Source: a bacterium (GTDB lineage: Bacteria > Patescibacteriota > Minisyncoccia > Phycocordibacterales > Phycocordibacteraceae). From it: a stretch of DNA of 32,343 nucleotides. A program made the translations under genes and the position numbers. Every line of letters begins with the position of its first letter. Position 1 is the stretch's first letter. The notes beneath the pieces were generated by a model. It saw nothing but the letters and a program-made list of their open reading frames with translations. It ran no database searches and was not told where the DNA came from. The DNA lies in contig JAKAKH010000003.1 in the NCBI GenBank assembly GCA_021824605.1, forward strand, positions 1 through 32,343, in the 5' to 3' direction. This document shows, one piece after another, positions 6,360 through 15,141 of this stretch.

Positions 6360-7445
6360 ATGTCTCGAACCGGCGTTCTTCCGAAACAGATGCTGCAGGA
6401 ACTTCGTGCGACGGGATATATCGACGGCGTCCTGCCGCGGTATCTCAACCCTGCGTCCATTGATCTCCCGCTTGCGGACGAAGCGTATCGGCTTGAGAGC
6501 ATCTTTTTGCCCCTTCCGGGCGAGAGGGTGCGTGGTCTCTTGCCGCTTGTCGGCGCAACGCCGCACAACTTCAATAATCCGCTTGAAGTAAACGTGCCGT
6601 ATTTGGTGCGCATCGCTGGCACCTGGCGGCTTCCGAGTACTGTGTACGGCTACGCGAACCCGAAGTCTTCGACGGGCAGGAATGGATTCTTCTGCCGAAT
6701 CGTCGCGGACAAGGTCGACATGTACGAAGCGCTTGTCGGTCCGGGATGGTCTGGAGAGATGTGGGTGCTCGCGAGGCCTGATTATTTTCCGATCCTGGTC
6801 GCTCCCGAACTTGCCGTGTCGCAGATGCGCTTCTTCGATGGGAAATCATTTCTTGACGACCTGCATGTCGAACTCGCCATCACGCAAACAGGACTTTTGT
6901 TCGATGAAGAAGGCAGGAAGCTGTCACTCCAAGAGACGCGTCGGCACGCCGATTCGTTCCTCCTTACGCTTCATGTCGGCGAAATGATGGGGTGGGAGTG
7001 TCGCGGGACTCGAAAGATACTCAATCTGAACAAGAATGATTTCTACGAACCCGATGACTTCTTCAAACCCCTCAGCACTTCGGGCAAGAAATATTTCCTG
7101 CGCAAGGGCGGCTTCTACATCCTCACGACACGTGAGCGAGTGATGGTTCCACCCACGCTCTCTGCAGAACTGCGCGCCATCGATCCGCGGCTTGGCGAAT
7201 TCCGGTCGCATGCGGCCGGGTATATCGATCCGGGATGGGGATACGGAAGGAGTGGTGAAGAGCGAGGACGACCGATTACGCTCGAGGTTATCCCGCAAGA
7301 GGATATGCTGGTGCGCGACGGTCAGACGATTGCTCGTATACGGTATGAGTACATGAAAGAAGCACCGGAAACTCTCTACGACGCAGCGGTGTCGAACTAT
7401 ACCGACCAGCGCGCCGCCAGGCTTTCGAAGCACTTCAAGAAGTAA
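6360..7445 (+). CDS. dcd: dCTP deaminase, long two-domain type
   Basis: LNPASIDL, ANPKSSTGR, GEFRSHAAGYIDPGWG and ITLEV motifs; about 360 aa; AAGGAG SD before ATG 6360. Confidence 0.88.
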   Translation: MSRTGVLPKQMLQELRATGYIDGVLPRYLNPASIDLPLADEAYRLESIFLPLPGERVRGLLPLVGATPHNFNNPLEVNVPYLVRIAGTWRLPSTVYGYANPKSSTGRNGFFCRIVADKVDMYEALVGPGWSGEMWVLARPDYFPILVAPELAVSQMRFFDGKSFLDDLHVELAITQTGLLFDEEGRKLSLQETRRHADSFLLTLHVGEMMGWECRGTRKILNLNKNDFYEPDDFFKPLSTSGKKYFLRKGGFYILTTRERVMVPPTLSAELRAIDPRLGEFRSHAAGYIDPGWGYGRSGEERGRPITLEVIPQEDMLVRDGQTIARIRYEYMKEAPETLYDAAVSNYTDQRAARLSKHFKK

Positions 7446-7466
7446 TGCAGGGTTAGATGTTGAAAT

Positions 7467-7504
7467 ACCCCGCGACAGCTGACACTGTCGCGGGGTTTCC
7501 TTTT
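7467..7504 (+). terminator. Intrinsic terminator after dcd
   Basis: ACCCCGCGACAG-6 nt-CTGTCGCGGGGT then TTCCTTTT. Confidence 0.8.
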
Positions 7505-7554
7505 GCCAGTCTCAAGCGTAGGATGACTCCGGACCAACTTACAGGAGTAGCGTG

Positions 7555-8184
7555 ATGAAGGCCAGCATAAACGGTGCGAAATACGTCGTTTTCGACGGCA
7601 TGGACGGATCAGGCAAGGGCACGCAAATGAAGCTTTTGCAAGAGAAGTTCGGAGATTCGGTCGTGTTCACTCGGGAGCCGGGTGGTACGCCTCTCGCCGA
7701 GAATTTGCGAGAAATAATATTGAGGGAACCATGCACTCCTCTTACGGAAATGCTTCTCTTTTTAGCGTCGCGTTCAGAGCTCCGGTCTCAAGTAATTGTT
7801 CCGGCATTACAAAGGGGCCTGCACGTGTTCTCCGATCGCAGTGATTCGTCCACGTGGGCGTTTCAGTTGAACGGGAGAGAGCATAAGGTTGAATTTCTCG
7901 ATTTGTTCATCCTGACGCGCAAGATGATTCTCCCAAGGCCCGACTTGTACATCATTTTCGATCTTCCTGCCGAGGTGGCACGCAAACGGGCCTTGGGAGA
8001 CACGGGCCGTGTCGCAGACCATATCGATAAGCTTGATCTCATGTTCTATGAGCGAGTACGGAATGGTTTTCGCGAGTTTCAGAAGTGGGCCCCGGTCGAA
8101 TTCATTGATGCCACTCAAATGCCAGAAGAGATACAGCAGAATGTCGTGGCTGTGCTGGCGTCGATGGGAATTGAACCAGGATAG
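7555..8184 (+). CDS. tmk: Thymidylate kinase
   Basis: P-loop FDGMDGSGKGTQ, TREPGGT, EMLLFLASR, SDR, PDL and FYERVRNGF; AGGAG SD 7 nt before ATG 7555. Confidence 0.94.
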   Translation: MKASINGAKYVVFDGMDGSGKGTQMKLLQEKFGDSVVFTREPGGTPLAENLREIILREPCTPLTEMLLFLASRSELRSQVIVPALQRGLHVFSDRSDSSTWAFQLNGREHKVEFLDLFILTRKMILPRPDLYIIFDLPAEVARKRALGDTGRVADHIDKLDLMFYERVRNGFREFQKWAPVEFIDATQMPEEIQQNVVAVLASMGIEPG

Positions 8185-8209
8185 CGACTTTGGTCAGGTG
8201 AAATCATTT

Positions 8210-8236
8210 GAGGCGCGCCTATGGCGCGCCTTTTTT
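8210..8236 (+). terminator. Intrinsic terminator after tmk
   Basis: AGGCGCGCC-TAT-GGCGCGCCT followed by T run. Confidence 0.85.
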
Positions 8237-8257
8237 CATTTCTGTTACACTCGCACT

Positions 8258-9520
8258 ATGACATTTCCGTTCATCGAACAGGAAGACCCAGAAATATTCG
8301 CTGCACTTGTCGGCGAGGAGCAGCGGCAAGCGGAGGGACTCGAACTCATTCCGTCAGAGAATTATGTCTCGCGTGCAGTGAAAGAAGCGAGCGCGTCGTC
8401 GCTTACGAATAAGTACTCCGAAGGGTATCCGGGGAAGCGGTACTATGGCGGCCAGGAATATACTGACCAAGTAGAGACACTTGCAATTGATCGCGCGAAG
8501 ACGCTTTTCGGCGCAGCGTATGCAAACGTGCAGCCCTTGAGTGGAGCGAATGCGAATATTGCGATGTACATGGCACTTCTTGAACCGGGTGACACGGTAC
8601 TTGGTATGGACCTCTCGCATGGTGGGCATCTGACCCACGGACACCCGGTCACGTACCTCACGAAGATGTTCAATTTCGTACGGTATCAGATGAAGAACGT
8701 CGAGACAGGAGAGATCGATTATGAGGAGATGCGCCGCACGGCAAAAGAGGTGCGACCGAAGATCATTCTTGCAGGATTCTCAGCGTACCCACGGGAGCTC
8801 GATTACGCGAAGTTTGTTGCCATTGCACGTGAAGTGGGCGCTGTCGCAGTGATGGACATAGCACATATTGCCGGACTCATCGCAGGAAAGGCTGCGAAGA
8901 ATCCTTTTGATGCCGGGTTCGACATTATGACCTCGACTACGCACAAGACGCTCCGTGGTCCGCGTGGCGGGCTCATTCTCGTCCGCGAAAGCGAAGAACT
9001 GGCGAAAAAAATCGATAAAGCGGTGTTTCCCGGGCTCCAAGGCGGTCCACATATGCATCAGATCGCAGCAAAGGCTGTATCATTCCGCGAAGCACTCGCA
9101 CCGTCGTTTGCCGCGTATGCGAAGCAGATCATTGCGAATACAAAAGCAATGGAACGCGTGTACAGCGAACACGGCGCACGCATGATTACCGGCGGGTCCG
9201 ACAATCATTTGATCCTGCTTGATGTGTGGACGTCGTTTGGTATTTCGGGCGGGGAAGCGGAGAAACTTCTCGATCGCGCCGGTATCACGCTGAATAAAAA
9301 TACGATTGCGGATGATACGCGCAAGCCGATGGACCCGTCGGGTATTCGCTTCGGCACGCCAGCAATGACGACTCGCGGGTTCGGCACGACCGAGTCAGCA
9401 CGTGTCGCCGAGAGTATGATCGAGGTGCTGACGAAGCGTGATGACGCGACGGTAGAACGAGCGAAACAAGAGGTGAAGAACCTCGCCCTCGCACACCCCA
9501 TTCCCGAGTCGTTTGTGTAG
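8258..9520 (+). CDS. glyA: Serine hydroxymethyltransferase
   Basis: LELIPSEN, NKYSEGYPGKRYYGG, GGHLTHG, PLP-lysine STTHKTLRGPRGG and SGIRFGTPA; start ATG 8258 (TGnTACACT-6 nt-ATG). Confidence 0.97.
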   Translation: MTFPFIEQEDPEIFAALVGEEQRQAEGLELIPSENYVSRAVKEASASSLTNKYSEGYPGKRYYGGQEYTDQVETLAIDRAKTLFGAAYANVQPLSGANANIAMYMALLEPGDTVLGMDLSHGGHLTHGHPVTYLTKMFNFVRYQMKNVETGEIDYEEMRRTAKEVRPKIILAGFSAYPRELDYAKFVAIAREVGAVAVMDIAHIAGLIAGKAAKNPFDAGFDIMTSTTHKTLRGPRGGLILVRESEELAKKIDKAVFPGLQGGPHMHQIAAKAVSFREALAPSFAAYAKQIIANTKAMERVYSEHGARMITGGSDNHLILLDVWTSFGISGGEAEKLLDRAGITLNKNTIADDTRKPMDPSGIRFGTPAMTTRGFGTTESARVAESMIEVLTKRDDATVERAKQEVKNLALAHPIPESFV

Positions 9521-9548
9521 TTGCGTGTCGAGACGGAGTTGCTACACT
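9521..9548 (+). promoter_or_regulatory. Promoter facing a non-coding structured region
   Basis: TTGCGT-16 nt-TACACT with extended -10 TG. Confidence 0.55.
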
Positions 9549-9553
9549 GAAAG

Positions 9554-9684
9554 AAGGATCTGTTCTAGGGGTCTGGACACACGCGGTGCGATGGTTGGGT
9601 CAGCGGGTCTCGCGTGTGGCACCCTCCGGTTATCAGCCCTCTTTGGGGTCCTCGGCCTCCACCTGCTTAGTGGGGGCCGTCTTT
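9554..9684 (+). ncRNA. Candidate small structured RNA (irregular rod of about 100 nt plus 3' terminator-like hairpin); family not recognised
   Basis: Nested helices AGGATCT/GGGTCCT, AGGGGTCTGG/TCAGCCCT and CACACGCG/CGCGTGTG, then CGGCCTCCAC/GTGGGGGCCG-TCTTT; promoter upstream; argS has its own separate -10. Confidence 0.5.
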
Positions 9685-9701
9685 ATTGCTATACTCGCGA
9701 C

Positions 9702-11357
9702 ATGGAAGAGCGCATACGAAAAGCTATTGAGGGAGTACTCGCCGATATGGGTGTATCGGGGGGTATTTTTGTTGTCGAACGACCGACTGACACTGTGTAT
9801 GGGGACTACGCGACCAACGCAGCTCTCGCTGTCGCGAAGATACTGGGACGGAATCCGCGCGAGCTCGCTGACGAGCTCGCGCGCCGCCTCCTGGACGTGC
9901 TCGGGGATAGTCTCGTGAGCCATGTTGCGGTTGCAGGACCAGGTTTTGTAAATATTACTCTCTCGCGCGAAGCGGTGACCCTGGCGCTCGCTGAGGCAGA
10001 CGCGAAGGGCACGGAGTGGGGGAGAGAGACTATTCCCGTCGCACAGCGCGTTATGATCGAGTACACCGACCCGAATCCGTTTAAGGAGATGCATATCGGG
10101 CATCTGATGAGTAATGTCATTGGCGAATCGCTTGCGCGACTTATTGAAAATGAGGGCAAGACAGTTATTCGTGCTAACTATCAAGGCGATGTTGGTCCGC
10201 ACGTTGCGAAAGCGTTGTGGGGTCTTCAGAAAGCGGGTATCACCGAGCCAGCGACAGCGCGTGAACTTGGCGAAGCGTATGCTACAGGTTCGCGAGCATA
10301 CGAAGAATCACTGGATGCGAAAGCAGAGATCGACGCGCTCAATCAGGCAATCTATGCGGGCGGTATGCACGAGCTTATGGAGCTCTGGCGCAAAGGTCGC
10401 GACGTATCGCTCGCAGCATTTGAACAAGTCTATACGGTTCTAGGGACACATTTCGATTACTATTTTTTTGAAAGTGAGACAGCAGCGTCCGGGATGCGCA
10501 TTGTTCGCGACGGGCTCAATCGAGGTGTGTTTGAAGAAAGTGACGGCGCTGTGATTTATCGTGGAGAGAAGAAAGGATTGCATACGCTCGTCTTCATTAC
10601 GAGCAAGGGCACACCGACGTATGAAGCGAAGGATATGGGGCTCGCTTTCCTTAAAGAAGAACGAGCACAGTTCGACCGTTCTATTATCGTCACGGCAGCG
10701 GAGCAGATAGGACACTTCAAGGTCTTTTTTGCGGCGCTCGAAGAGATGGCACCGATGCTTGCTGCGAAGACGACGCATGTGCCGCACGGATTCCTACGTC
10801 TTACGTCGGGGAAGATGTCGTCTCGGGAGGGGAATGTCATTACGGCAGCAGGTCTTATTGAAGATGTTGTGGCGAAGGCGAGTGAGAAAAATGCCGATCC
10901 GCTCGTCGCAGAACACGTCGCACTCGGGGCGATTAAGTATATGGTACTCCGACAGGCACCGGGATCGGATATCATTTTTGATCCGGAGAAATCTCTTTCT
11001 CTTGAAGGTGATTCCGGGCCGTACCTCCAGTACGCGCTCGTGCGGGCGAAGTCGGTGATTAGTGCGGCGGCAGAAAGCGGTGCTACGACAGCAGGAGCAC
11101 CAGCCTCCCCCTATCTTCTCGAGCGAAGTCTTGTGCATTTCCCCGATGTCGTTGCGCGTGCTGCACGCGAGCTCGCTCCTAACCTGCTTGTCACATATCT
11201 CACCGAGCTTGCAGGGGAGTGGAATTCCTTCTACGCACAGGAACGTATTGTGGGCGGTGAATACGAAACTCACAAACTGATGCTTGCGCGCGCGTTTGTG
11301 AACACGATGAGTAACGGACTCATGCTCCTCGGTATCCCCACTCCTGAACGAATGTGA
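9702..11357 (+). CDS. argS: Arginine--tRNA ligase
   Basis: GDYATN, AGPGFVNI, EYTDPNPFKEMHIGH, KMSSREG and GPYLQYA; start ATG 9702 (TGnTATACT-6 nt-ATG). Confidence 0.96.
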   Translation: MEERIRKAIEGVLADMGVSGGIFVVERPTDTVYGDYATNAALAVAKILGRNPRELADELARRLLDVLGDSLVSHVAVAGPGFVNITLSREAVTLALAEADAKGTEWGRETIPVAQRVMIEYTDPNPFKEMHIGHLMSNVIGESLARLIENEGKTVIRANYQGDVGPHVAKALWGLQKAGITEPATARELGEAYATGSRAYEESLDAKAEIDALNQAIYAGGMHELMELWRKGRDVSLAAFEQVYTVLGTHFDYYFFESETAASGMRIVRDGLNRGVFEESDGAVIYRGEKKGLHTLVFITSKGTPTYEAKDMGLAFLKEERAQFDRSIIVTAAEQIGHFKVFFAALEEMAPMLAAKTTHVPHGFLRLTSGKMSSREGNVITAAGLIEDVVAKASEKNADPLVAEHVALGAIKYMVLRQAPGSDIIFDPEKSLSLEGDSGPYLQYALVRAKSVISAAAESGATTAGAPASPYLLERSLVHFPDVVARAARELAPNLLVTYLTELAGEWNSFYAQERIVGGEYETHKLMLARAFVNTMSNGLMLLGIPTPERM

Positions 11358-11359
11358 GG

Positions 11360-11388
11360 TTGCAGTAGGCTACGTGGTGCGGTAGATT
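11360..11388 (+). promoter_or_regulatory. Promoter for the small orphan gene
   Basis: TTGCAG-17 nt-TAGATT. Confidence 0.55.
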
Positions 11389-11436
11389 CACTCGCAGACT
11401 GCACATCCCGTGCTGTCGGTACGGAAGGAGTTCAGA

Positions 11437-11685
11437 GTGAGTAGACTGACGGGGAAAACCGAGAAGAAACTGCGGCAGGACGTCGCTCATGCCGTGTCGG
11501 TGCTGAAATTGTCCTTCGAGGACTTTTTTCAGAAAGCAGCGGAGACGCATGCACCGCAGCTGAAGCCGAAGGAGATCGAACGCAAGCTGAGGCGGTACCG
11601 CCAGGGCTGCGCCGCACCGCTCTTCGTGAAGGTACACGCGCTCGACACGCTCAAGCAGGTGCGTGCCGCACCCGCGGCCAACTGA
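11437..11685 (+). CDS. Small basic hypothetical protein (82 aa), possibly HTH-like
   Basis: AAGGAG SD 6 nt before GTG 11437; own promoter and terminator; helical, K/R-rich. Confidence 0.75.
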   Translation: MSRLTGKTEKKLRQDVAHAVSVLKLSFEDFFQKAAETHAPQLKPKEIERKLRRYRQGCAAPLFVKVHALDTLKQVRAAPAAN

Positions 11686-11702
11686 TCGACGTAGTCGCCA
11701 CC

Positions 11703-11734
11703 AAACAGCCGCTTATTGCGGCTGTTTCATTTTT
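11703..11734 (+). terminator. Intrinsic terminator after the orphan gene
   Basis: AAACAGCCGC-TTATT-GCGGCTGTTT-CATTTTT. Confidence 0.8.
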
Positions 11735-11761
11735 ATCCAGTAAACGCTACGATAGGAGGAT

Positions 11762-14563
11762 ATGGCTGAATTGCCCGAGAAATCTGAAGCCGCAAAGCGC
11801 GAGGAAGCAATACTCGCGTTCTGGGAGCGTGAACGTATCTTCGAGAAGACACTCGCGAAGGAATCTCCGAAAGGAGAATACGTCTTTTATGACGGACCGC
11901 CGTTTGCGACAGGGACTCCGCACTACGGCCACATCGTTGCAAGCGTCATCAAGGACGTTGTGCCGCGGTACTGGACGATGCGTGGCTATCACGTGCCACG
12001 CGTCTGGGGGTGGGATTGTCACGGCCTGCCGATCGAGAATATCGTCGAGAAGGAGCTTGGCTTCAAGCACAAGAAAGATATTAAGGAGTACGGGATCGCG
12101 AATTTTAATGAACGCTGTCGCGAGCGGGTGCTGACGTATGTCGACTACTGGAAGACATTCATCCCGCGCATTGGTCGTTGGGCAGATATGGAGCATGCGT
12201 ACCGCACGATGGATAAGCCGTTTATGGAGTCGGTATGGTGGGTGTTCAAAACGATTTATGAAAAGGGGTTGGTGTATGAAGATTATCGGGCGATGCATGT
12301 GTGTCCACGATGTGAGACAACGCTTTCGCAACAGGAAGTGTCAGAGGGGTATAAAGACGTCAAAGACATCTCAGTAACGGTGAAGTTCAAACTGAAGCAT
12401 CCTGAGAAGCTCGGTCTCTCGGGGGATGTGTATATGCTTGCGTGGACCACCACGCCATGGACTCTGCCGGGCAATGTCGCGCTTGCGGTTGGGAATGACA
12501 TTACGTATGTCGAGATAAAACAAGAAGGAGAGTCATATATCTTAGCGAAACAGAGATTGGGAGTTTTGCAAAAGGAGATTGTTATAACAGAAGGGAAGGA
12601 ATTCAAGGGCAGTGAGCTTGTCGGTCTTGAGTACGAACCACCATTCGATTACTACATTAAGGATACGACCCTCAAGAATTACGAAAATGGGTGGAAAGTA
12701 TACGCAGCAGACTTCGTAACCGATGAGAGTGGTACCGGTATCGCACACGAAGCGCCGGCTTTTGGTGCAGATGACTGGGAACTCTCGAAGAAAGTAAATC
12801 TGCCATTTGTGCAGCACGTGAACGGCGATGGCACTATGAAAAGCGAAGTCACGGCTTTTGCCGGGATGGAGGTGAAGCCACGTTCTGAAGACGACAGTGT
12901 GCGTCTCGGGACCGACATTGCCGTTTTGAAATATCTGCAAGAGCACGGCACCTTTTTCTCAAAAGAGAATATTACGCACTCGTACCCGCATTGCTGGCGT
13001 TGTGATACACCGCTTCTGAATTATGCGACCTCGTCATGGTTCGTCTCCGTGACGAAACTGAAAGAGAACCTGCTTGAGAACGCCAAGAACATCTCGTGGT
13101 CGCCGGCACACATGAAAGAGGGTCGTTTCGGAAAGTGGCTTCTCGGAGCTCGTGACTGGTCGATCTCCCGTCAGCGATTCTGGGCCAGTGCTATTCCGAT
13201 GTGGCGCTGCGAGAGCTGCAAGGCAGTCCGGGTCTTCGGGAGCGTTACTGAGCTTGAAGAAGCAAGCGGGAAGCAGGTGGATGATTTGCACAAGCACATT
13301 GTCGATGAGATTACCGTACCGTGTTCGTGCGGGGGAGAGATGCGCCGCATTCCAGATGTGCTCGACACGTGGTTTGATTCCGGCTCGATGCCCTACGGCG
13401 AGAAGCACTATCCTTTTGCCGATAAGGAACATTTTGATGCACAGTTTCCGGCCCAGTTTATTGCTGAAGGAACTGATCAGACGCGGGCGTGGTTTTACTA
13501 CCTCCACGTGCTCGGCGGAGCTCTCTTCGGGAAGAATGCTTTTCAGCATGTCATCGTTAACGGCATTGTCTTAGCCGAGGATGGAAAGAAGATGTCGAAG
13601 CGGTTGCAGAATTATCCCGACCCGATGGAAGTTGTGGAGAAGTATGGTGCTGATGCGCTTCGACTCTACCTCCTCTCGTCGCCCGTAGTGCAGGCCGAGG
13701 ATCTCGCTTTTTCAGAAAGCAGCGTTGATGAAATAGCAAAGAAAAATGTGGGACGGCTTCAAAACGTGCTCGCATTCTATGAGCTCTATGCGGATGGTAC
13801 TGTGCGCGCTGCTACCAGTGACCATATTCTCGACCGATGGATGCTTGCTCGTCTCGAGGAACTTCTCAAAGAGACAACAGCGGGATATGAGCAGTACCGG
13901 CTTGATGCCGCGACTCGTCCGCTCGCGCTTTTCATCGATGACCTGTCGGTTTGGTATATACGACGCTCGCGCGATCGTTTCAAAGAAGATACGGCGGACA
14001 AGAAAGTAGCGCTCGCAACGCTCCGCTACGTGCTCGTGCAATTGGCGACGATCATGGCGCCGGCGATGCCGTTTATCGCCGAGGAACTGTTCCAGAAAGT
14101 ACGGGAAGAAGGGGATCCTGAGAGCGTGCATCTTGTTGGTTGGCCAGAAGTAACTGCTATACAAAACGAAAATCTCATTCCTGAAATGGCACAGGTGCGA
14201 AGTCTCGCATCTGAAGCACTTCAACTTCGCCAGAAAGTTGGTATCAAAGTGCGTCAGCCACTCGCATCACTTTCAATCCCCGGTCTTCTTTCTGAAGAAC
14301 TTGCAGGTATTCTTGCGGATGAAATAAACGTAAAGCAGATTATCTCAGGGAGCACAAAAGTTGAGCTCGATAGTAACCTCACACCAGAGCTCATCAAGGA
14401 GGGCGATGAGCGTGAGATGGCAAGCGCGGTTGCACAAGCGCGGAAGGCGGAAGGGTTTGCGCCAAGCGATCACGCTGAGACGAAGATTACTCCAGAAGGG
14501 AAGCATATGGTGATACTCTCAACTGGTGAAGTGCGGTTCGATCTCGTTCGCGATGCGGCATAA
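11762..14563 (+). CDS. ileS: Isoleucine--tRNA ligase, type 2 (eukaryote/archaea-like)
   Basis: FYDGPPFATGTPHYGH, GWDCHGLP, editing-domain WTTTPWTLPGN, DWSISRQRFW, DQTRAWFY and KMSKR; no C-terminal Zn finger of type 1. Confidence 0.95.
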   Translation: MAELPEKSEAAKREEAILAFWERERIFEKTLAKESPKGEYVFYDGPPFATGTPHYGHIVASVIKDVVPRYWTMRGYHVPRVWGWDCHGLPIENIVEKELGFKHKKDIKEYGIANFNERCRERVLTYVDYWKTFIPRIGRWADMEHAYRTMDKPFMESVWWVFKTIYEKGLVYEDYRAMHVCPRCETTLSQQEVSEGYKDVKDISVTVKFKLKHPEKLGLSGDVYMLAWTTTPWTLPGNVALAVGNDITYVEIKQEGESYILAKQRLGVLQKEIVITEGKEFKGSELVGLEYEPPFDYYIKDTTLKNYENGWKVYAADFVTDESGTGIAHEAPAFGADDWELSKKVNLPFVQHVNGDGTMKSEVTAFAGMEVKPRSEDDSVRLGTDIAVLKYLQEHGTFFSKENITHSYPHCWRCDTPLLNYATSSWFVSVTKLKENLLENAKNISWSPAHMKEGRFGKWLLGARDWSISRQRFWASAIPMWRCESCKAVRVFGSVTELEEASGKQVDDLHKHIVDEITVPCSCGGEMRRIPDVLDTWFDSGSMPYGEKHYPFADKEHFDAQFPAQFIAEGTDQTRAWFYYLHVLGGALFGKNAFQHVIVNGIVLAEDGKKMSKRLQNYPDPMEVVEKYGADALRLYLLSSPVVQAEDLAFSESSVDEIAKKNVGRLQNVLAFYELYADGTVRAATSDHILDRWMLARLEELLKETTAGYEQYRLDAATRPLALFIDDLSVWYIRRSRDRFKEDTADKKVALATLRYVLVQLATIMAPAMPFIAEELFQKVREEGDPESVHLVGWPEVTAIQNENLIPEMAQVRSLASEALQLRQKVGIKVRQPLASLSIPGLLSEELAGILADEINVKQIISGSTKVELDSNLTPELIKEGDEREMASAVAQARKAEGFAPSDHAETKITPEGKHMVILSTGEVRFDLVRDAA

Positions 14564-15122
14564 GTACGAGACGTCGGGTATCGTTCTTGCTCGCGTACAT
14601 ACCGGAGAAGCAACAACGCTGGTCACGCTTCTTACCTCTGACCTCGGGGTGGTGCAAGCTCGTGCGCAGAGTGTGCGGAAAGAAGGAGCGAAACTTGCTG
14701 CTGGGCTTGTGACGCTTGCCGAGAGCCGCGTCATACTCGTGCACGGGAAGGAGGGATGGCGTCTTACCGGGGTCGTGCTGGAAGAGAATTGGTTTATGCG
14801 TCTACCGAGCGTTGCAACACAAGAAATGGTTCGTCGGGTCTTTGGGCTCTTGCTCCGGCTCGTTCCGGGAGAGGCACAAGATTCAGAGCTGTTCCCGATA
14901 GTGCGTAGCTTCCTCGAGTCGCTCACGACGGTACCCGAATCCCTGCATGATGCGATTGAGATTCTGACCGTACTGCGCTTTCTGGCGGCGCTTGGACTCG
15001 ATACGGGAGAGCTCCCCGGGGGAGGGGGTGTGCTTACCGAAGAGCAGTTTGCAACTATCCTTGCAGACCGCAAGGTGTATGTGGATCGTATTAATACGGG
15101 TATTGCCGCCTCCGGTCTTTGA
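14553..15122 (+). CDS. recO: DNA repair protein RecO (short form)
   Basis: N-terminal OB-fold pattern GIVL....GEA...VTLLT.DLG.V.A.AQSVRK..AKL; ATG overlaps the ileS 3' end. Confidence 0.8.
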   Translation: MRHKYETSGIVLARVHTGEATTLVTLLTSDLGVVQARAQSVRKEGAKLAAGLVTLAESRVILVHGKEGWRLTGVVLEENWFMRLPSVATQEMVRRVFGLLLRLVPGEAQDSELFPIVRSFLESLTTVPESLHDAIEILTVLRFLAALGLDTGELPGGGGVLTEEQFATILADRKVYVDRINTGIAASGL

Positions 15123-15141
15123 AGTCTTGTATACTACGACT

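Noticed and set aside
9521-9701. T-box riboswitch or N-terminal extension of argS (ORF track start 9513)
   Set aside because: No T-box consensus or specifier loop, the extension has no ArgRS-like sequence, and the -10/ATG geometry supports a start at 9702.
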